A DNA stretch of 63,856 nucleotides, filler included. It is 5 parts of 5 records of this genome, joined end to end, with 100 filler letters (N's around TTAATTAATTAA, not from the genome) between each part and the next. Parts side by side here need not be neighbours in the genome. Positions count along the whole stretch, not along the records: positions 1 to 16,250 come from SRR22947727_5803; positions 16,351 to 32,967 come from SRR22947727_5805; 3 more parts are not named here. One strand, written 5' to 3'. The notes under the pieces were generated by a model. It was not told the origin of the DNA, searched no databases, and was given only the letters and a program-made list of their open reading frames with translations. Positions 9,520 to 21,013 of this stretch are shown in pieces (the first letter of the stretch is position 1; every line of letters begins with the position of its first letter). The translations under genes were made by a program, and so were the position numbers.

Positions 9520-10197
9520 TCAGGCCTGTTGGCTTCGGATGGTGGATGCATAAACATCCACATACTCCTGCTCGCTGAGCTTGTTCATCTCATAGATGAT
9601 CTCGTCCGTTATCGAGCGCAGGACAAAACGGTCGCTCTCCATCCCCTCAAAACGAGAGAAATCGAGTGGTTCGCCGATCACCACACCCACTCTGTGCACC
9701 TTCGGGATGTTGGATCCCAGAGGCATCACTTTCTCGGTTCCGATCACTGCTGCAGGAATCACCGGCACGTGAGCCTCAAGAATCATGCGGGCCACCCCGG
9801 TTCGCCCTCGATACATCCGACCATCTGGGCTCCTGGTCCCCTCGGGGTAGATCGCCAATACTCCGCCATCAGCAAGAACTTGAAGGCCCGCGTTCAGTGA
9901 TGCTTCTGACGCTTTCCCCCCAGAGCGATCAATGGGGAGCTGTCCTGCGGAAGTCATGAAGAAACGAATAAACCATCCTTTGATGCCCTTCCCGGTGAAG
10001 TAATCACTCTTGGCCAAGAACGCCATCTGGCGGTCGATCATCAACGGCAGAAAAACTGAATCCACAAACGACAAATGGTTACAGACGACGATCAGTGGTC
10101 CCGTGCGAGGAACGTTCTCGAGCCCCTTCACCCAGGGGCGGAACACCGTGGTCAGCAGGGGTCCAATGACCCAATGCTTCATCAACCAATAGAACAC
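9520..10197 (-). CDS. plsC: 1-acyl-sn-glycerol-3-phosphate acyltransferase (PlsC family)
   Basis: NHLSFVD (HX4D), YPEGTRS motifs. Confidence 0.9.
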   Translation of the reverse strand: MFYWLMKHWVIGPLLTTVFRPWVKGLENVPRTGPLIVVCNHLSFVDSVFLPLMIDRQMAFLAKSDYFTGKGIKGWFIRFFMTSAGQLPIDRSGGKASEASLNAGLQVLADGGVLAIYPEGTRSPDGRMYRGRTGVARMILEAHVPVIPAAVIGTEKVMPLGSNIPKVHRVGVVIGEPLDFSRFEGMESDRFVLRSITDEIIYEMNKLSEQEYVDVYASTIRSQQA

Positions 10198-10224
10198 ATG
10201 CGCCTCCGGAGTCGGACTTCCAGA

Positions 10225-11133
10225 CTAGGCCTCTGAAGCCACCCGCGCACGGGCAAGGTCTGCAGCCCCCACAACTCCGGCACTGTTCCCCATGGTGGCC
10301 ACAGCAATATCCGCAATCGGTCTCTTGTTTCCGGCCCCGTAGGTCTCCCTAAAACTCTCGCGAATGGGAGCCAACAAGAGCTCGCCTGCGCTGGCAACGC
10401 CGCCACCGATGACGATGCGCTGCGGGTCTGTCACCGCCACCAAGGAGGTGATTCCTCGCCCAATCGCCCGCGCAACGCCTTCCAGAGCACCAAGAGCGTC
10501 GGGGTTCCTCTGAACGAGCAATTCCGTGAGAGCTGCCTGCGTCAGAGAATCATCACCCAGGCGCTCTCTCGCGTCGCGCATTAGGGCTGTTCCCGACGCG
10601 TACTGCTCAAGGCATCCGTAACTGCCGCACCCACAAAGACGACCTCCCGGCTCAATGATGATGTGGCCAAGCTCTGCTGCCATCCCAAACCCGCCCACCA
10701 ACAACCGCCCATCATCAACGAGGGCTCCTCCCACCCCGGTCCCAATGGTAAGCATCAGCATGGACGTTACATCGCGCGCAGCACCGAATCGAAACTCACC
10801 CCAACCCGCCGCATTCGCGTCGTTTTCAAGAACAACGGGAACACCAAGACGTTCAGTCACGGCCGCTTTCAGAGGGAAATTTTGCCAGGCGATGTTCGGA
10901 GAGAAGAAGATGCTGTCGCGCTCGGCGTTGAGAAAAGCCGCCACGGCAACACCGACGGCCGAAAGCGTCTCCTTGCCCCCCAGCTCGTGAAAAATCTCAG
11001 CCAGGGCGTCCAGGATGCCCTCCGGATTATCGGGTGTGGTTGGGCGCGATGCCTGAGCGAGAACCTCGCCGTCTGGAGAGACTCGGGCTCCCGCAATTTT
11101 GGTTCCACCAATGTCTAACCCAAGCGCATCCAC
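10225..11133 (-). CDS. ROK-family glucokinase (start reassigned to GTG at 11133)
   Basis: GLDIGGTK, ENDANAA, GTGVGG, ELGH, CGCG..GCLE; the longer ORF start overlaps def. Confidence 0.9.
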   Translation of the reverse strand: MDALGLDIGGTKIAGARVSPDGEVLAQASRPTTPDNPEGILDALAEIFHELGGKETLSAVGVAVAAFLNAERDSIFFSPNIAWQNFPLKAAVTERLGVPVVLENDANAAGWGEFRFGAARDVTSMLMLTIGTGVGGALVDDGRLLVGGFGMAAELGHIIIEPGGRLCGCGSYGCLEQYASGTALMRDARERLGDDSLTQAALTELLVQRNPDALGALEGVARAIGRGITSLVAVTDPQRIVIGGGVASAGELLLAPIRESFRETYGAGNKRPIADIAVATMGNSAGVVGAADLARARVASEA

Positions 11134-11179
11134 AGCCGATAAGTCTAGGCGCTCCACGCCGGCTGGTAACGCGCCAGAG

Positions 11180-11680
11180 CTATGCGCTTCCAAACCACTC
11201 AGAGTCACGAATGGCCTGTAACGCGTGTTTCTTATGCTCCGGCGCAAGCCCCTGGAAGTAGAGAACTCCTTCGAGGTGATCAAGCTCGTGCTGAAGAGCC
11301 TGAGCCATGAGACCCTCACCTTCAACCTCGACACGGTCTCCCTCGAGGGTGAAACCTTCTGCCATCGCGTGCGGGTAGCGCTGGCGCGGGTAGGTCAAGC
11401 CGGGAACCGAAAGGCACCCTTCCGACATATCCTCGGGCTCACCCCACACTCTCACCAATCGAGGATTCAGGAGATAACCCACCGCCCCATCGATGTTGTA
11501 GCTAAAGGCCCGGAGACCCACACCAATCTGATTCGCGGCAACACCAGCCCTGCCCGGGATTTTGACAGTATCCAGGAGGTCAGTCACCAGTTCTCGACTG
11601 CGGGGAGACAAAAGATCCACGGGGTCCGTGGGGCTCGTCAGAATGGGGTCCCCAAAGAGCCGAATGGGACGCTCGGCCAT
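11180..11680 (-). CDS. def: Peptide deformylase
   Basis: GVAANQIG, EGCLS, QHELDHL motifs. Confidence 0.95.
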   Translation of the reverse strand: MAERPIRLFGDPILTSPTDPVDLLSPRSRELVTDLLDTVKIPGRAGVAANQIGVGLRAFSYNIDGAVGYLLNPRLVRVWGEPEDMSEGCLSVPGLTYPRQRYPHAMAEGFTLEGDRVEVEGEGLMAQALQHELDHLEGVLYFQGLAPEHKKHALQAIRDSEWFGSA

Positions 11681-12813
11681 TAGCGGACCGAAGAGTCCTC
11701 AGCCACTCCCTCGACAACAAGCGCCGCCAACTCGCGCGCGGCCTCTCGCGTGTAGGGGCTCAAGCGAGACCAGTCGACGATGGAACCGGCAGCCAAGTAG
11801 GGGTCGTAGGGAATACGGACAACATCCCTCACCCGAGACACAAAGTGCTGTTCAATTTCGTCGAGCTTCACGACGTTTGTGCCCTGCGTTGCCGTGTTCA
11901 AAGCCACGACAGCTCTGCGAACAAGCTCCCCGTAGCCGTTAGCTTCCAACCAGGTGAGGGTCTCCGAGGCGAGTCTCGCCTCATCCACACTTCCGCCCGA
12001 GACCACGACGAGTCCATCGGCGCGCTCCAACGTGGGTCGCATCACTGAGTGGACGACACCGGTTCCGCAGTCCGTCAGAACGATGGAATAGAACCGAGCG
12101 GCCTGGTCGGCAACAACGTTGTAATCGTCCTCATCGAACGCTTCTGAGAGCAGCGGGTCGGTGTCAGAGGCCAACACATGGAAACGTGTCTTGTCTTTTG
12201 AGACGAGCTCTGCAAAATCGGTGAAGGAGGAAATACCTGAGGCAAGATTTACGACATCGCGCACTGTGGCGCCGGTGGACCTGGCGACACGTTCGGCAAG
12301 GGTTCCCCGGTCCGGGTTCGCATCAATGCCGAGGACGCGATCGTCTCGCACTTCGGCGAGAGCCATGCCCAAGAGAGTGGTGACGGTAGTTTTGCCGACT
12401 CCACCCTTACGGGTGAGGACTGGAACAAAGCGAGTTCCCTGCTCAAAGGGGTGAGAAATTCGGCGATCCAACCCTTTTCGCTCACGGACCGCTCGGGAGT
12501 CCCCCACGTTGATGGAGTGGAAAGAGATTTCGTAGAGGAACCTTTGCCAGAACCCTTCGGGAACTTCGCGGTAGCGACCAGAGGAATCGATCAGGCGATC
12601 ATCAGTCAGCATCGCGGCCGGCTCAGGAGCATCCCCGCGTGCCTCAGCGCGACGGTGATACAACTCGTCACCTCCGGGCTTGACCGCGAGGGTGACGCTC
12701 TCATCCCCCATTACCTCCGGAGCACCCGCATCCACGGTCTCAGCATCCACTGAAACTTCCACCACCTCAGGCAGGTCCTCTGCTGAAGGAGTGGAGTCTG
12801 TTTTTTTGACCAT
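11680..12813 (-). CDS. Actinobacterial MinD/ParA-family ATPase with acidic N-terminal extension (start uncertain, 12813 or 12870)
   Basis: Deviant Walker A KGGVGKTT, DANPDRGTL, DCGTG, IPYDP.LA.G. Confidence 0.85.
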   Translation of the reverse strand: MVKKTDSTPSAEDLPEVVEVSVDAETVDAGAPEVMGDESVTLAVKPGGDELYHRRAEARGDAPEPAAMLTDDRLIDSSGRYREVPEGFWQRFLYEISFHSINVGDSRAVRERKGLDRRISHPFEQGTRFVPVLTRKGGVGKTTVTTLLGMALAEVRDDRVLGIDANPDRGTLAERVARSTGATVRDVVNLASGISSFTDFAELVSKDKTRFHVLASDTDPLLSEAFDEDDYNVVADQAARFYSIVLTDCGTGVVHSVMRPTLERADGLVVVSGGSVDEARLASETLTWLEANGYGELVRRAVVALNTATQGTNVVKLDEIEQHFVSRVRDVVRIPYDPYLAAGSIVDWSRLSPYTREAARELAALVVEGVAEDSSVR

Positions 12814-12885
12814 GGAGTGGATCCTTGTCTCACTTATGTGGGGGAAGACTGATTCTAACTGTTGGAGCACATAACCAAATGTGTA

Positions 12886-15800
12886 TTAGTCAGCCGCGAT
12901 CTCCAGAATGAGATCTCCCGCTTCCACTTGCTGAGTCTTGGGGATTGCCCAGCGGGCCACGACCCCTGAGACAGCTGCGCTGATTCCTGCTTCCATTTTC
13001 ATCGCTTCAATCGTGGCCACCACGTCACCCTCAGCCACAGCGTCCCCCACGTCTGCAGACACCGTGACAACTCCCGAGAAGGGGGCAGCAACGTGACGGG
13101 GGTTCTGAGGATCAGCCTTTTCGGCGTGAGTCACCTGAACATCTATTGACGTGTCACGAATGCTGATCGGTCGCATCTGGCCATTCAGCGCAGCGACGAC
13201 TGTCCGCATACCTCGGTCATCAGGCTCTGAGATTGATTCCAGGGACACATAGAGACTGACACCAGGCTCCACCTCCACGACCGATTCTTCACCGAGTGGG
13301 AGCCCATAGAGGTAGTCACGGGTCTTGATAACGGAGACGTCACCAAATGCTTCCTGAACTTCTCGATACTCCGCTGTAGGGCCCGGGAACAACAGGGCGT
13401 TGAGCATGTCTTGTCGGTCTCTGCCGGGCACAGCGAGTGCAGCTTCTTGCTCCTCCGTGAGATCGGTGAGAGTGGGCTTTCTGGTCTTTCCCTCGAGAAT
13501 CTTCGAGCGGAAAGGCTCAGGCCACCCACCTGGCAGGTCACCCAGCTCCCCCGCCATGAAGCCGACAACTGAGTCGGGTATGTCATAAGCGCCAGGGTTT
13601 GCTTCAAAATCTGCAGGGTCAACATCCATGGCCACGAGGTGAAGTGCTAGGTCTCCGACCACTTTGCTCGAGGGTGTGACCTTGGTGGGGCGACCCAGCA
13701 TTCGGTTCGCTTGGGCATACCAGTCTTCGATGTCTTCGAAACGATCCGCAAGACCCAAGGCGATCGCTTGCTGTCGGAGATTCGAGAGTTGCCCACCCGG
13801 AATCTCGTGGTGGTAAACGCGCCCTGTGGGCCCGGGAAGGCCCGACTCGAAGGGAAGATATGTCTTCCGTACTGCTTCCCAATAGGGCTCAAGGGCAGAC
13901 ACTGCACCCAGGCTCAGGCCGGTGTCCCGCTCGGTGTTCTCAAGCGCAGCGACGAGAGAAGACAGAGACGGCTGGCTCGTAGTCCCCGCCATGGCCGCGT
14001 TCGCGGCGTCGACAGCGTCCACTCCGGCGGCACTCGCGGCCAAGAGTGTCGCAAGTTGCCCGCCTGCCGTGTCATGGGTGTGTAGGTGAACAGGAGTGTC
14101 GAATCTTTCCCTCAGGGCGGCCACCAGTCGGGAGGCAGCTTCTGCTCGCAACAAGCCGGCCATGTCCTTAATGGCCAGGATGTGGGCCCCTGCCTCCACC
14201 ATCTCCTCGGCTAAACGTAGGTAATAGTCGAGGGTGTACAAATCTTCTGCCGGGTCTAGCAAGTTTCCGGAGTAGCACAACCCCACCTCCGCAACCGCGG
14301 TACCGGTCTCGAGCACAGCATCGATTGCGGGACGCATGTTGGTGACGTCATTGAGGGCATCAAAGATGCGGAAGATATCGACGCCGCCCGCTGTTGCCTC
14401 TTGAACAAAAGCGTCCGTTACTTGAGTGGGATACGGGGTATATCCCACGGTGTTTCGGCCACGCAACAACATTTGGATACACACATTGGGCAATCCTTCA
14501 CGCAATGCGTGGAGGCGGTCCCAGGGGTCTTCCCCCAGGAAACGCAGGGCAACGTCATAAGTCGCCCCTCCCCACGCTTCGATCGAGAACAACTGCGGAG
14601 TTGTCGCGGCCACTGCAGGAAGGACCTCGATGAGGTCTTTGGTCCGGACCCTGGTCGCAAGCAACGATTGGTGAGCATCACGGAACGTTGTCTCTGTGAC
14701 TGCCAGCGCACGAGAAGCACGGAGATCTTTCGCGAAACCTTCCGGACCCAACTCCATCAGACGCTGTTTTGATCCAGCGGGGGGCGTGCTCGCGGCAACT
14801 TCTGGCAACTTGGTGATCGGATCCACGACTAAGGGAGCATCTCCGTGAGGTTTGTTAACGCTCACGTCAGCAATCCAGGTCAGAAGCTTGGTGCCGCGGT
14901 CTTTACTCGAGTGCGATCGGACAAGATGGGGCCGCTCATCGATGAACGAAGTGGAGAGATCACCGGCGAGGAAGGCCTCGTCATCGACCACTGCCTGGAG
15001 GAAAGGAATATTGGTGGAGACTCCTCGAATCCGGAACTCTGCAAGACCTCTCCTGGCTCGAGAGACGGCTATGTCGAATGTTCTCCCTCGCGTGGTCATC
15101 TTGGCCAACATCGAATCGAAGTAGGGAGAGATTTGGGCTCCCTGGTTGACCGTTCCGCCGTCCAGTCGAATTCCTGCCCCGCCAGGAGAACGATAGGTCG
15201 TTATTTTTCCGGTGTCGGGTCGGAAGTCTGCTCCCGGGTCCTCGGTCGTAATGCGACACTGCATGGCAAAACCGCGCAGCACAATGGACTCTTGCGAGAG
15301 TCCGATTGACTCCAGGGATTCACCGGAGGCAACCCGGATTTGGGTGTGGACGAGATCCACATCCGTGACCTCTTCGGTGACGGTGTGCTCCACCTGAATC
15401 CGGGGGTTCATTTCAATGAAGACGTGTTGCCCGGCTCGTTCTCCTGCGGTGTCCACGAGGAACTCCACAGTGCCCGCATTCTCATAACCAATCGACTGGG
15501 CGAAGGCGATCGCATCCCTCAGAATGGCCTGCCGAATGGAGTCATCAAGGTTCGGAGCCGGGGCGATCTCAATGACTTTTTGGTGGCGACGTTGGACCGA
15601 ACAATCGCGCTCAAACAAGTGCAGCGTGGTCCCCTGCTTGTCCGCCATGATTTGGACCTCGATATGGCGTGGCCGAACCACAGCCTGTTCCACGAACATC
15701 CGGCCATCACCAAAGGCTGTCTCAGCCTCTCGCATGGCCGCTTCGAGAGCAGGCCTCAGGTCCTCTGGTGTGTCGACCCTGCGCATACCTCGGCCACCAC

Positions 15801-16250
15801 CGCCAGCTACAGCTTTCGCAAAAATAGGGAAGCCAATGTCCTTGGCCGCGGCGACAAGCACATCCAGGTCAGTTGTCGCTTCGCTGGAGGCCAAGACAGG
15901 AACGCCTGCCTTGATGGCGTGCTCCTTGGCGGTGACCTTGTTCCCTGCCATCTCCAAGACAGAGGCAGGAGGGCCCACAAAAACTATCCCTGCCTCTTCA
16001 CAGGCTCTGGCCAAATCAGGGTTCTCGCTTAGGAACCCGTATCCCGGGTAAATGGCATCGGCACCAGAGAGCTTCGCAACCCGAATGATCTCGTCAATGG
16101 TGAGGTACGCGCGCAAGGGATGGCCAGGTTCGCCAATCTGATACGCCTCATCCGCTTTCATGCGATGAAGGGAAAAACGGTCTTCAAAGGGATACACCGC
16201 AACAGTTTTGAGACCCAGTTCGACGGCAGCCCTAAAAGCACGAATCGCGA
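12886..16250 (-). CDS. pyc: Pyruvate carboxylase (5' end truncated at contig edge)
   Basis: Frame open to edge (IAIRAFRAAVELG...), PGYGFLSEN, RDCSVQRRHQK, RDAHQS, HTHDT, biotinyl EAMKME. Confidence 0.97.
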
Positions 16251-16350
16251 NNNNNNNNNNNNNNNNNNNNNNNNNNNNNNNNNNNNNNNNNNNNTTAATT
16301 AATTAANNNNNNNNNNNNNNNNNNNNNNNNNNNNNNNNNNNNNNNNNNNN
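16251..16350. other. Artificial contig linker
   Basis: 44 N + TTAATTAATTAA (stops in six frames) + 44 N. Confidence 0.98.
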
Positions 16351-17308
16351 AGCGATCCAAACAAACCTGCTTCATGTACTTACGAGCCGGCTTGTTGAAG
16401 TGCCGAGGGTCGAAGTTGGCAGGATCAGCCATGGCTGCTTCTCGTACGGCAGCCGTGAAAGCCAAACGGCAATCAGTATCGATGTTCACTTTGCGAACAC
16501 CATTACGGATGCCTTCCTGAATTTCTTCCACGGGAACACCGTAGGTCTCAGGAATCGCGCCGCCGTACTTGTTGATCATTGCCAACCATTCCTGGGGAAC
16601 GGAGGAGGAGCCATGCATCACCAGATGGGTGTTGGGGATGACTTTGTGAATTTCAGCGATGCGGCTGATGGCCAGCACTTCACCCGTGGGCTTGCGGGTG
16701 AACTTATAAGCACCGTGGCTGGTACCGATGGCGATGGCCAAGGCATCAACCTTGGTCTTGGCGACGAAATCAGCAGCCTCAGCAGGATCGGTCAGCAGCT
16801 GATCCTTGGAAAGCTCACCTTCAAAACCGTGGCCGTCTTCGGCTTCGCCTTTACCGGTTTCAAGAGAACCAAGACAACCCAATTCTCCTTCAACACTCAC
16901 GCCGATGGCGTGGGCCACGTCGACCACTTCCTTGGTGACGTTGACGTTGTAGTCGTAACTCGCAGGCGTCTTGGCATCAGCCTCAAGAGAGCCGTCCATC
17001 ATCACGGAGGTAAAACCGTTAGCGGCCGCTCCGAAGCAAGTTGCAGGGCTATTGCCATGGTCCTGGTGCATCACGACAGGGATGTCGGGATAGGTCTCAA
17101 CAGCCGCCAGGATCAAATGACGCAAGAAATTCTCGCCTGCATAAGCACGAGCTCCACGTGATGCCTGCAGGATCACAGGAGAGTCAGTCTCGTGAGCCGC
17201 CTCCATGATCGACTGCACCTGCTCAAGATTGTTGACGTTGAAAGCAGGGATGCCGTAGCCGTTTTCCGCGGCATGGTCGAGCAGAAGTCGAAGCGGAACG
17301 AGCGCCAT
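16351..17308 (-). CDS. fbaA: Class II fructose-bisphosphate aldolase (3' truncated)
   Basis: [51 protein letters not shown]. Confidence 0.96.
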
Positions 17309-17434
17309 AGTGAAGTCCTAACGAAGGCAGATAAACGGACATGTGTCCGTAGCCGCGCGACTTTACAGTTGAGTCGTGTGAATGTCACGACACTCCGTGG
17401 CAGAAAGCACGCCGGAGTGTCAGCAAATGATGGG

Positions 17435-18502
17435 TCAGTAGGTGTATCCAGCTACAAAAAGCTGCTCGTCCGATGACGGCTGAGAGCCGGGGACGTAACG
17501 CCCCTGTGAGGCCTCGGAGTTCGCTTTCGCCCGCGCAAGCAACGCTGCCTGGCCTGCCTCTTTGTCCTTACCAGCCCATGCCTTCAGGCAGGAATGCTGC
17601 AAGGCACGTCCATAGGAAAAGCCAAGATTCCATTGCGCTTTTCTTGAAATTGTATTCATGTTGTTGAGGTACACCGACGCCGCTTCTTCACTCAAACCAC
17701 CTGATAAAAAGACAATTCCAGGAACACTGGCAGGAACACAACGCTCCAGTGTTCTCACGGTCATTTCGGCAACGAGTTGGGGATCTGATTTCTGCGCACA
17801 ATCGGCTCCTTGAATCGTCATCGAAGGCTTGAGAAGAGTTCCCTCAAGAAGAACTCCGTTGAGCTGACAAGCGAAGTACACCTCCTTAAGGATTTGTTCT
17901 TGCACCGCTGACGTGACTTCAATGGAATGATCACCATCCATCAAGATTTCAGGCTCAATGATTGGCACAAGACCTGATTCCTGAACGGAACGTGCATAAC
18001 GCGCTAGGCCCCATGCATTTTCACGAATGGCCAGATCAGAGGGGCATCCATCAGCCGTGATCTGCAGTACGGCGCGCCATTTTGCAAAACGCGCACCTTG
18101 GGCGTAATAATCTGCCGCTCGTTCTACCAAACCATCCAGACCCGTACAAACGGTTTCTACGGACTGGGCACCAGGCAATGGGCGAAGACCCTTATCAACT
18201 TTAATACCAGGAACAATTCCCGCTTTGTTTAACTTCTGAACCATTGTTTCGCCATCGAGATGGCTCTGGAACAGGGTTTCTTCGTACAAGATTGCGCCAC
18301 TAATAAAATCACCAAGACCTACTGTTGTAAACAGCATTCCTCGATAGGCCTGGCGATTAGTCTCAGTATTTTCAACTTGGATTGCGCCTAGTCGCTTACC
18401 GATGGTCTTTGTGGACTCATCAACAGCAAGAATCCCCTTCCCCGATACTGCCAAAGCGTTGGCTGTTGCAATTAATTCTTTGGAGTATGTGGAAAGAGAC
18501 AT
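17435..18502 (-). CDS. Class I fructose-bisphosphate aldolase (eukaryote-like)
   Basis: GKGILAVDES, GIKVDKG, FAKWRAV, VPIIEPE, LLKP (Schiff-base Lys), FLSGG, FSYGRALQ, terminal Tyr. Confidence 0.95.
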   Translation of the reverse strand: MSLSTYSKELIATANALAVSGKGILAVDESTKTIGKRLGAIQVENTETNRQAYRGMLFTTVGLGDFISGAILYEETLFQSHLDGETMVQKLNKAGIVPGIKVDKGLRPLPGAQSVETVCTGLDGLVERAADYYAQGARFAKWRAVLQITADGCPSDLAIRENAWGLARYARSVQESGLVPIIEPEILMDGDHSIEVTSAVQEQILKEVYFACQLNGVLLEGTLLKPSMTIQGADCAQKSDPQLVAEMTVRTLERCVPASVPGIVFLSGGLSEEAASVYLNNMNTISRKAQWNLGFSYGRALQHSCLKAWAGKDKEAGQAALLARAKANSEASQGRYVPGSQPSSDEQLFVAGYTY

Positions 18503-18643
18503 AGGGACGACGCAACAACAAAGAAAGTCTCAGAATTTTACACACCTAATCGTGGTCAGAAACAAAAACTTATTACCCCAGCATGTATCAAAAACCCTAG
18601 AAAATACGATTACTTGTTGGTCAATCTGTTACATCTGATCGGA

Positions 18644-19723
18644 TCATTGAATCGATTGATCACATGCTTGCTGACTGATCAACCCCTCTGAAAGGCCAGG
18701 CACCATGGGAGCACCGGTTTGAATGCTGTGAGCCCACCAGCTCTGAATGCGGGCCACCGGTGCCACACGGCCATCACTCCAGGTCGTGGGGAAGATGAAC
18801 TCAGCGTCCGCTTCAATATTGCGGGTGGGTTCTCCCATGGGCGTATGCCACAGCCCAAAGCCATGGACATAATCCTTTTGGTTCGCGCTACCGAGAGTGA
18901 GGCTCCCATCAGATCCGTAGATCTCGAGCCAGCAGCCTCGGCCGTTGCGAGCCACAGACGCCAAATTGACCTGAGCTGGAACCCTCTGGTCCGTGCGGCC
19001 CTGCCAATCAAGTTGCATCTGAATCAGGGAAACATCTTCGGCATCAACGGGAGCCATGCCTCCGCTGGGATGAGGACGCTCCTTGATCGACACGCTATTG
19101 AGACCTTGGACGGATCGAATCGGTCCGACTAACCAAGCCAGCATGTCGAAGGCATGGGTACCAAGGGCACCCAGCACACCACCACCAGCATCCCGTTGGG
19201 AATACCAGCTCCAAGGTCGGGACGCATCCGCACGGCTGCTCATCAACCAGTCGAGTTTCACTAGCCAGGGAGTGCCGACAGCACCTGCCTCCAACATCCT
19301 GGCGGCCTGCATGAACAGAGGCACGGCACGGTACTCATAATCCACCGCAACACTGAGCCGGTTCTGGATGGCGACGCGTTGGAGCTCTGCCACCAATTCA
19401 GCCTTGAGAGCAACAGGCTTTTCAAGCAACAAGTGTTTGCCCGCTTTCAGCGCTTGAAGGGCCAAGGCAAAGCGTGGCTCCGGAGGGGTGGCAATGATCA
19501 CGGCTTGCACGCGAGGGTCGCTGAGCAAAGCCTCCCAATCGTCATAACCAGGGAGATTGTGCTCACGGCAGGCCTGATCTAAACGTTCCCGACGGGGATG
19601 CCAGAGCGCCACCGCCTGGAGATCAGGTTGAGAGGCAAGGGCTTTCAGATGAACCGATTCACCAAAGCCGAGACCCGCAATTGCCACTCCAATCGGGGAA
19701 GGGCTTGAGGATGAAAGAGCCAT
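18644..19723 (-). CDS. Gfo/Idh/MocA oxidoreductase
   Basis: GLGFG Rossmann motif, ATPP, LEKP, GGGVLGALGTH; start placed at ATG 19723. Confidence 0.9.
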   Translation of the reverse strand: MALSSSSPSPIGVAIAGLGFGESVHLKALASQPDLQAVALWHPRRERLDQACREHNLPGYDDWEALLSDPRVQAVIIATPPEPRFALALQALKAGKHLLLEKPVALKAELVAELQRVAIQNRLSVAVDYEYRAVPLFMQAARMLEAGAVGTPWLVKLDWLMSSRADASRPWSWYSQRDAGGGVLGALGTHAFDMLAWLVGPIRSVQGLNSVSIKERPHPSGGMAPVDAEDVSLIQMQLDWQGRTDQRVPAQVNLASVARNGRGCWLEIYGSDGSLTLGSANQKDYVHGFGLWHTPMGEPTRNIEADAEFIFPTTWSDGRVAPVARIQSWWAHSIQTGAPMVPGLSEGLISQQACDQSIQ

Positions 19724-19739
19724 AAGGGAAGCGTTGGGA

Positions 19740-20138
19740 TCAGGAAAGCGACAAAAGCTCGTCCGATGAGCACACACCGGAAAGAACACCGTCGATCAAA
19801 GGATCGGAACCAGAAGGTTGCCATTCGGCCCTGAATTGGGGCAATCCATTCTTTTGCTTGTCTCGATACAGCTGTTGGCTGCAGTCGATCTCCATCACGA
19901 CCAGCGTTCCCAACGCGGGGCTGTCATCCTCCTGACGCAAGCTGTAGCGGCTCAGCACTGACACGGTGCCATCCTTCTTCAGACGCAAACTCCCGGCGTC
20001 CCACCATTGCTGTCCCTCCGTACTAGATGGCACTTCGCGCCATTCAACCTGACCCGCAACAACAGGAGCGGTGCAAAGGATCAGAGCTAAAGCAACAGCA
20101 GCCAAGCTCCGAAAACATGAAGACAAAACCTGAATCAT
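19740..20138 (-). CDS. Secreted hypothetical protein
   Basis: Signal-peptide-like N-terminus, W-rich core, two Cys in mature part; overlaps accD stop. Confidence 0.7.
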   Translation of the reverse strand: MIQVLSSCFRSLAAVALALILCTAPVVAGQVEWREVPSSTEGQQWWDAGSLRLKKDGTVSVLSRYSLRQEDDSPALGTLVVMEIDCSQQLYRDKQKNGLPQFRAEWQPSGSDPLIDGVLSGVCSSDELLSLS

Positions 20139-21013
20139 GAGCTAGCGACCCGAGATTCACAGCCATGCAATCTGAGCAGACTCGCAAGAGTGGAACGCAA
20201 TTGCGTACGCGGAACAATCGAATCAACGAATCCGTGGTCTTGTAGATATTCGGCGGTTTGAAAATTATCCGGTAATTTTTCGCGCAGCGTCTGTTCAATC
20301 ACGCGACGCCCAGCAAAGCCAATCAGAGCTTTTGGCTCCGCCAAAATCAGATCACCAAGCATCGCAAAACTTGCTGTGACGCCCCCAGTGGTGGGGTGAG
20401 TGAGTAAGGGCATGTACAACACGCCAGCTTCACGGTGGCGTTCCAAAGCTCCGGAAATCTTGGCCATCTGCATGAGGCTGAGCATTCCCTCTTGCATCCT
20501 TGCTCCACCCGACGCACACACAATGAGGAGTGGCAGCTTTTTGGCGGTTGCTGCTTCCACCAAGCGAGTGATCTTTTCACCGACCACCGACCCCATCGAA
20601 CCGCCCATAAAACGGAAATCCATCACGGCAAGAGCCATAGGAATCCCCTCGACCTCACAGAGTCCAGTGATGACACCATCACGAAGCCCTGTACTGGCCT
20701 GCGTTTCGCGCAGTCGATCCGCATAGGCCCGGCGATCTTTAAAGCCCAATGGATCCGTGGGTTGAAGCTCTTGATCCATCGCCACAAAAGTGTTGGGATC
20801 CACCAACACCGCAATGCGCTCGGTGCTATCGATGCGGTGGTGATAGCCACAGTTGCTGCAAACGCTGGCGTTGCTCAGCAGATCCTTGCGATACACCACC
20901 TGACCGCACTCGGGGCACTTGCTCCACAGGCCATCCCCTTCATCGGGTTCTTGATTCACCTTGCCGACGTACTGACCCTTACGGCGGTCAGCGAACCAGT
21001 CGAACAAACTCAA
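20135..21013 (-). CDS. accD: Acetyl-CoA carboxylase carboxyltransferase beta subunit
   Basis: [11 protein letters not shown]4 zinc finger, [26 protein letters not shown]. Confidence 0.97.
   Translation of the reverse strand: MSLFDWFADRRKGQYVGKVNQEPDEGDGLWSKCPECGQVVYRKDLLSNASVCSNCGYHHRIDSTERIAVLVDPNTFVAMDQELQPTDPLGFKDRRAYADRLRETQASTGLRDGVITGLCEVEGIPMALAVMDFRFMGGSMGSVVGEKITRLVEAATAKKLPLLIVCASGGARMQEGMLSLMQMAKISGALERHREAGVLYMPLLTHPTTGGVTASFAMLGDLILAEPKALIGFAGRRVIEQTLREKLPDNFQTAEYLQDHGFVDSIVPRTQLRSTLASLLRLHGCESRVASS

Noticed and set aside
11134-11334. N-terminal extension of the ROK kinase ORF (likewise lpxD, DUF3727, Gfo/Idh, proB extensions)
   Set aside because: Extensions overlap upstream genes; family N-terminal motifs begin at later starts
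16295-16306. TTAATTAATTAA repeated four times in the window
   Set aside because: Always centred in identical N runs; an artificial six-frame-stop linker, not a biological repeat, CtrA site or att site
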